64,000 bases of DNA from a virus. Each line of letters starts with the position of its first letter. Positions within the stretch are counted from its first letter, which is position 1. The translations under genes were made by a program, and so were the position numbers. Positions 59,010 through 64,000 of this stretch are shown one piece after another. The notes beneath the pieces are model-generated. The model did no database searches. It saw only the letters and a list, made by a program, of their open reading frames with translations, and had not been told where the DNA came from. Where the stretch lies: IMG/VR virus record IMGVR_UViG_3300035670_012166, positions 5,915 through 69,914 of that record. The stretch is one strand, 5' to 3'.

Positions 59010-62000
59010 TCAAACAATTCATCACTCAATAAAGATTTGATGGATGATGAAGTAATTTTTGTTTGTCTTTCTTTCTTGTTAATTATATCATCAAATGAAA
59101 CAGAATTTTTTTCAGCTAATTTTGCAAGCCTTAAATTATTCTTTTCTTCTTTTGTTCTTTCAGCAACAATATTGTCCCAGTATTCCATAAAATCTTCTAC
59201 AACATCAAATTGCAAAGTATCAGGCAAACAACTTAAGGCATCGTGTTCAGCCAAAAAAGCTACCATACCCCTGTTTGGTCTTGCTCTGTATGCTAAATCT
59301 TTACAGTCTTCAAAAGGCTGATGCTGAACAATGTCAATTGCTCTAGAGCCTACTCCCTTGATAGATGAGAGTGGAAGAAAAATTTCACCCTTTTTATTTA
59401 CAGTAGTTTCAACACCAGATTCATTAACATTTGCTGGTCTAACAGGTATCTTGTCAAAACTACATTCTTTCAACAACACTGCTAATTTATCTTCATCATC
59501 TTTATCAATTTGAATACAAGCAGCTAGCCATTCAGAAGGATAATAATAACGCAGAAAAGCTGTGTAATATGAAAGTAAAGCATATGAACAAGCGTGAGAC
59601 CTATTGAATGCATATCCTCCAAATTTAGCCATTAATGCTAATACTTCATCAATAACTTCTTCAGGTATTCCACGTTCTTTACTCTTGGTAGCAAAAAGAT
59701 TACATACATCATCAAAATCTTTACCAGACTTCTTTGAAATTGCTTTGCGTAATTTATCCACTTGTTGCCAGGTAAAACCAGCCATATCACGAGCTAAAAA
59801 CATTGCTTGCTCTTGATAAACCATAATTCCATATGTAACAGAAAGATGTTTTTCAATAATTGGGTGAGCATACTTTACAGAAGTGGGATTTCTTTTACCT
59901 TCAGCATATTGAGGTATATAATCCATTGGGCCTGGTCGATAAAGAGCAGCCACAGCAATTAGATCTTCAATATTAGAAGCATTAACATCTCTCAGAGCTT
60001 GTTGCATACCTTTAGATGCAAATTGGAAAACAGAAGCAGTCTTTCCTTTGGCATAAATATTATTGAAAATTTTTGAATCTTCAAGGTTAATCTTTTTAAA
60101 ATCAATCTCTTTATTGTGCAATCTTTTTATATGCTCTAAGCATAAAGCTACTTGATGAAATGCTGCTAGTCCAAGAAAGTCATATTTTACAAGACCTACT
60201 CTTTCTACATTCTTCATATCATAAGCAGAACACAAGTTGCCCTTAGAATTTTCAATAGGAGCGTGAAGATACAATGGTTCAGAAGATACTAAAACTCCTG
60301 AAGCGTGAACACCAAAGTTAGAATATGTGCCTACTAATTGAATAGCATTATCTAACTCTTCTTTCCATTGTTGATAATAATGTCTAAATTCATCATTTTC
60401 TTTAATAGTTTCTTCAATAGTAGTGCCTGGTTTTTTAGAAATACAGGCTGAAATTCTAAGAGCTTGATTGTGAAAATCATTAGGATATTTGTCTTGAAAT
60501 CTAGTGGATGCTTTCAAACAACCTACTACAGAGTTTTTAGCAGCATATTTACCCCAAGTTCCAATTTGAGCTACGTGATCATCTCCAAATCTTTCTTTAG
60601 TCCAATCAATAACTTCAGAACGACGAGAATCATCAATATCTGTATCAACGTCAGGAAGGGCAGCAACTTTAGATACAACTAATCCATCAGAGGGTTGTTC
60701 TTCTGTAATTCCCAAAATATGAGCAGTCCAAAGTTGAGATTCATTCTTCTTTGACTTAATACCCATTTTTGCAAGATTAAATACATAAGAAGATAGACCC
60801 TGATTTTCTAAAACCCAAATTTCTTTCTCAATTTCTGGTTCGTGTTTTCGCATCTCAGGAAACACTTCTAGCCATTTTTGAGCATATTTTCTTATTTTTT
60901 TGGTATAGGCAGTTTGATCCATTTCTCCATATTCACTTAAGAATTGAGAAACAGGCAATTCAGATATATTTACCTTGTATTGGGTACCACGACCAGGATT
61001 TAAGAATCTTTCAAACATTAGGTTCCATCGAATAGGATCAACATTACAAACTTCAAGACAGAAGTTTACTAGTGACCCAACACCTGAACCACGAATGCCA
61101 AAATGAATATCTTTGTCTTTAAGAAATTCAACAAGTTCTCTTTGGATTAAGAAGTAGTCTGTTACTCCCATATACCAAATTTGCCTTAATTCACTATCAA
61201 GACGAGCAAGATATTTATTAGAAAACAATCCAGCATTTCTCAAGCCCTTAATGCACAAGAATGCTAAGTATGCTTCATTTGGCTTATGGTAAGGAAGTTT
61301 AGAATGATAGAAATTATTAAACTCTTCATTATTCTTTGGTATACGAGCAGATGGAAGAAGGTGAGGAACATCCAATTTAAAGAAATCCTCAACCATTTCA
61401 GATATAAGAACAGAATTCTTTAAGGCTTCAGGCACACTTGACCCAAAAATCTTATGCATATCATCATAAGGCTTTAGATAAAACTGATGACTGCCATAAG
61501 CTTCTTTCTTGCCATTCTTCTTATCAGTTCGACTATCTCTTTGATCACGCATTTGAATTAAGACATCGTGAATTTTCCAGTCTAATTTATCAAGATAATG
61601 CACATCATTAGAAGCAACCACTGGAATATCATATTTATTTGCTAGATCTAACAAATAAGGCATATTGTGAGCTTGTTCATCAATTCCGTGATGTTGCAAT
61701 TCAATAAAGTATCGGTCTTGAAATACATTCTTAAATCTATTGACAACACTATTGGCAGTGTCAACATCATCTTTCATCAATGATTGATTTAATTCAGAAG
61801 CAAGACAACCAGATAGAGCAATTACACCTTCAGAATGTTTTTCAATACATCCCCAGTCAACACGAGGGGAATAATAAAAAGCATCTGGATCATTTCCTAA
61901 AGCTGATAATGTTAAGAGATTTTTGTATCCTGTTTCATTTTGAGCAAGAAGAGTAAGATGATTTAATTTTCTTCTGCGACCATCTTCTGTTTTGGATTTA

Positions 62001-62266
62001 TCAAAACGATCTTCACAGGTATACACTTCAATGCCAATGATAGGCTTGATAGGTTCATAATTGCTGTAAGAACGACAATATTCAACAAATTCAACAGCAC
62101 CACCCATTTTTCCGTGGTCTGTAATTGCTGCAGCTCTAAAGCCCATTTCACGAGCTTTTAATGCATATTTAGCAGGGGTTGGCAAAGCATCTTGAATAGA
62201 GAAATGAGTATGGGCGTGAAGATGCACGAAATCTTTATTAGAACTACACATAATTACCTCAAACAA
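59006..62266 (-). CDS. dnaE: DNA polymerase III alpha subunit (DnaE) with insertion and short C-terminus
   Basis: PHP HLHAHT/TDHG/NDVHY; RGSG.GS; FERFLNP; PDVDTD; HASGV; KYDFLGL; YAFNRSHA. Confidence 0.95.
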   Translation of the reverse strand: MFEVIMCSSNKDFVHLHAHTHFSIQDALPTPAKYALKAREMGFRAAAITDHGKMGGAVEFVEYCRSYSNYEPIKPIIGIEVYTCEDRFDKSKTEDGRRRKLNHLTLLAQNETGYKNLLTLSALGNDPDAFYYSPRVDWGCIEKHSEGVIALSGCLASELNQSLMKDDVDTANSVVNRFKNVFQDRYFIELQHHGIDEQAHNMPYLLDLANKYDIPVVASNDVHYLDKLDWKIHDVLIQMRDQRDSRTDKKNGKKEAYGSHQFYLKPYDDMHKIFGSSVPEALKNSVLISEMVEDFFKLDVPHLLPSARIPKNNEEFNNFYHSKLPYHKPNEAYLAFLCIKGLRNAGLFSNKYLARLDSELRQIWYMGVTDYFLIQRELVEFLKDKDIHFGIRGSGVGSLVNFCLEVCNVDPIRWNLMFERFLNPGRGTQYKVNISELPVSQFLSEYGEMDQTAYTKKIRKYAQKWLEVFPEMRKHEPEIEKEIWVLENQGLSSYVFNLAKMGIKSKKNESQLWTAHILGITEEQPSDGLVVSKVAALPDVDTDIDDSRRSEVIDWTKERFGDDHVAQIGTWGKYAAKNSVVGCLKASTRFQDKYPNDFHNQALRISACISKKPGTTIEETIKENDEFRHYYQQWKEELDNAIQLVGTYSNFGVHASGVLVSSEPLYLHAPIENSKGNLCSAYDMKNVERVGLVKYDFLGLAAFHQVALCLEHIKRLHNKEIDFKKINLEDSKIFNNIYAKGKTASVFQFASKGMQQALRDVNASNIEDLIAVAALYRPGPMDYIPQYAEGKRNPTSVKYAHPIIEKHLSVTYGIMVYQEQAMFLARDMAGFTWQQVDKLRKAISKKSGKDFDDVCNLFATKSKERGIPEEVIDEVLALMAKFGGYAFNRSHACSYALLSYYTAFLRYYYPSEWLAACIQIDKDDEDKLAVLLKECSFDKIPVRPANVNESGVETTVNKKGEIFLPLSSIKGVGSRAIDIVQHQPFEDCKDLAYRARPNRGMVAFLAEHDALSCLPDTLQFDVVEDFMEYWDNIVAERTKEEKNNLRLAKLAEKNSVSFDDIINKKERQTKITSSSIKSLLSDELFD

Positions 62267-62297
62267 GCGCCATCAAAGATAGTCATTCACTTGTTGC

Positions 62298-63104
62298 TTA
62301 TAGTATTGTTTTATTGTGAACTGAATAAAGTTTACCACCTTTTTGGTGATAATGCCTGGGAACTAGCTCTGTTAATATCTTCTTGTCTATGATCTTAAGA
62401 GCTTTAGGTCTAGTCTTTAGGGGCAGTCTGTCAAGTTCCAATAATTTATATGAATTTGGTATTTGCTTGCAGATTGAATATGAATAATTTCTTGGAATGA
62501 GTTTGAGTTTTTTAAAATCTTCTTTTTGTTGTTCATTGAGAAGAAGCTTGGATTTTTTTGTAGTTTTACTAACAAGCTCAAAATTTTCTTTTGTGCTTAT
62601 ATATTTACAATTTTTGATTGCATTTCTAATAGTAGATTCACTTTGACCAGTGTACATACAAATTGTTTCTAAGCTCACTGGCCTATCATCTTCATATCGA
62701 GCAGCAAAAATACAAATGAATAATTCTTTGATTGATTTTAAGCTTTGAGATTGAAGAAATGATATGGGTATTGATACAGGCTTAGATCTAGTCACATTAG
62801 GATTTAATCTCTCAACAACTTTGTTGATGCCAAATAAACAAATCTTTTTATCCCCATAGTCTCCTGATGGGGCTGTCCAATATAAACCAATACCCTTTTT
62901 TATTTTTTCATATACAAAAGTGGATTTGAAATTGAACACTTTTTCGGCAATATTAATCACTTCTTTGAGTTGTATTATTCCATTGCCAGATATATCAATT
63001 TTTTTAGAAATTGACCATAGAATGAAGACATCTACTTCATTTTGTTCAAGTACTTTGGCTATAACTTCAGGGTTGACTATTATTGTGTTCATCATTGCTA
63101 GCAA
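62298..63104 (-). CDS. Hypothetical basic DNA-binding protein (HTH-like)
   Basis: VSLETICMYTGQSESTIRNAIK; Lys-rich. Confidence 0.4.
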   Translation of the reverse strand: MLAMMNTIIVNPEVIAKVLEQNEVDVFILWSISKKIDISGNGIIQLKEVINIAEKVFNFKSTFVYEKIKKGIGLYWTAPSGDYGDKKICLFGINKVVERLNPNVTRSKPVSIPISFLQSQSLKSIKELFICIFAARYEDDRPVSLETICMYTGQSESTIRNAIKNCKYISTKENFELVSKTTKKSKLLLNEQQKEDFKKLKLIPRNYSYSICKQIPNSYKLLELDRLPLKTRPKALKIIDKKILTELVPRHYHQKGGKLYSVHNKTIL

Positions 63105-63312
63105 GATCTTCTAGAATTTTATTAGTACCACACCAAAAAATGTACTTATAAATTTCCTCTTCAGTATATCCTGTATTATCTGCTAGCATCAGTTGTTGAA
63201 TGAAATTTGTTTTCTTTGCTAAATTACCATTGATTAAAAAATTTATTGGTATTTCCTCTGGGGCATTTTCAAAATTAAGTTTAAGTTTTTCTATAATTTC
63301 ATTGCTGTTCAT
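63067..63312 (-). CDS. Small hypothetical protein
   Basis: 81-aa ORF overlapping both neighbours in the operon. Confidence 0.5.
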   Translation of the reverse strand: MNSNEIIEKLKLNFENAPEEIPINFLINGNLAKKTNFIQQLMLADNTGYTEEEIYKYIFWCGTNKILEDLASNDEHNNSQP

Positions 63313-63931
63313 TTTTGATTTCCTCCATCTTGATTTTTGCCTGACTAATAAAATTTTTCCACAATAACTTTAGATTTTTAAAATTTTCTTTTTGTAAGCT
63401 CTCATCAATTTGCTTGTAATATTCATCAGTCCAATTTGTAAATCTAGAATCATATTGAGCTAATTTCTCATAGCGTTTTATCTTTTCAGAAAATGCTAAC
63501 AAAAATTCTATCTCACTTAATCCACCTGGATAATTTGAAATTATTTCCTTTTCAAAATATTTATCAATGGTGTTAGATAATTCTTTCATTAAATATTTAG
63601 TGTCAAAATCAACAATTTCAACATCTATTTGAGCGTAATTAGCAAGCCTTTGAATTGATTCTAAAAAATTGTATCCTTCAACTTCTTGGACTAATTTTAT
63701 AATATCTCCCGTAGCACCACAACCAAAACAGTTGTAAGTATTAGTTTGAGAATTCACTCCAAAGGAAGGATTGCTATCATCGTGATTAGGCATTGGGCAT
63801 CTTGTATTAGCCCAAGAACTATGTTTTTGATTAATGAAATCCGAATCATAGCAATCTTCCATAAACTGCATAATGTCTATGGAAGATTTTAAATGTTCTA
63901 TGAATTTCTTTGTTATTTTGGTATTAGTCAT
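63299..63931 (-). CDS. Stand-alone primase CHC2 zinc-binding domain protein
   Basis: CPMPNHDDSNPSF......YNCFGCGATGDII..V......F..S...LA. Confidence 0.85.
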   Translation of the reverse strand: MTNTKITKKFIEHLKSSIDIMQFMEDCYDSDFINQKHSSWANTRCPMPNHDDSNPSFGVNSQTNTYNCFGCGATGDIIKLVQEVEGYNFLESIQRLANYAQIDVEIVDFDTKYLMKELSNTIDKYFEKEIISNYPGGLSEIEFLLAFSEKIKRYEKLAQYDSRFTNWTDEYYKQIDESLQKENFKNLKLLWKNFISQAKIKMEEIKNEQQ

Positions 63932-63998
63932 AACACATATAAGAAGGGATATTTAATTCAGTTTCATCATCAAAATCAATAATTTCAATTTCTTCTGT
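63924..63998 (-). CDS. C-terminal end of a gene truncated by the window edge
   Basis: Open frame TEEIEIIDFDDETELNIPSYMCYD* overlapping the ATG at 63931. Confidence 0.4.
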   Translation of the reverse strand, partial: TEEIEIIDFDDETELNIPSYMCYD

Positions 63999-64000
63999 AT

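Noticed and set aside
60660-60985. Intein in DnaE
   Set aside because: No N-terminal Cys/Ser block, no His-Asn end and no endonuclease motifs; the insert resembles polymerase sequence.
13834-62392. Short opposite-strand or alternate-frame ORFs in the track (e.g. 14457..14747, 17499..17996, 22924..23220, 27007..27342, 57105..57425)
   Set aside because: They lie within longer motif-supported genes, mirror their codon bias (Ser/Ala runs) and lack an RBS; treated as shadow ORFs.
34108-63931. Bacterial chromosome segment
   Set aside because: The housekeeping-like genes are diverged, split or truncated, interleaved with phage-type hypotheticals and contiguous with head genes; no ribosomal or typical operon context.
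1-64000. Genome-wide stop-codon reassignment (TGA=Trp or TAG=Gln)
   Set aside because: ORFs are full length in code 11; TGA ends genes in ATGA overlaps (2082, 43437) and TAG ends others (42961, 46548). The TGA at 28415 is a single local case.
1-64000. CRISPR arrays, tRNA or rRNA genes
   Set aside because: No regularly spaced repeats seen; intergenic gaps are short and no cloverleaf was recognised by eye. tRNAscan was not run.

Overview
AT-rich (roughly 30% GC by eye), densely coding 64 kb fragment of a large tailed dsDNA bacteriophage (Caudoviricetes, probably jumbo-sized), read in the standard code. It has three blocks. (1) 1-11.5 kb: glycan/nucleotide-sugar island with two glycosyltransferases, a 2OG-Fe(II) dioxygenase, split transketolase, two RmlC-like epimerases, a B12 radical SAM, two PLP enzymes, an HldE-like kinase and a HAD-nucleotidyltransferase fusion. 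(2) 11.5-34 kb, minus strand: head morphogenesis, with a LAGLIDADG endonuclease, 284-aa capsid, decoration protein, scaffold, 1383-aa protease, portal fused to a DUF559/Vsr-like nuclease, about ten unknown acidic proteins and terminase. (3) 34-64 kb: replication/transcription genes (DnaE, DnaN, DnaX, HolA-like, split DnaG, RecA, RecJ, SSB-like, NrdAB, dUTPase, PurA, SpoVS, three sigma-like factors) interleaved with putative virion cargo genes. The most interesting signal is an apparent head-cargo system. Unrelated proteins share short N-terminal leaders (MWY..A, or LDxxG..A.L..K/RxA). Head proteins are rich in K/R-T-A-S motifs and E-x-Q-L repeats. Cargo candidates include a tandem GNAT, a Zn-peptidase, DUF192 (reached only through an in-frame TGA) and the portal-borne nuclease. 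A shared AGG-N18-AGAA motif precedes head genes. All assignments come from motif recognition by eye; no database searches were run.
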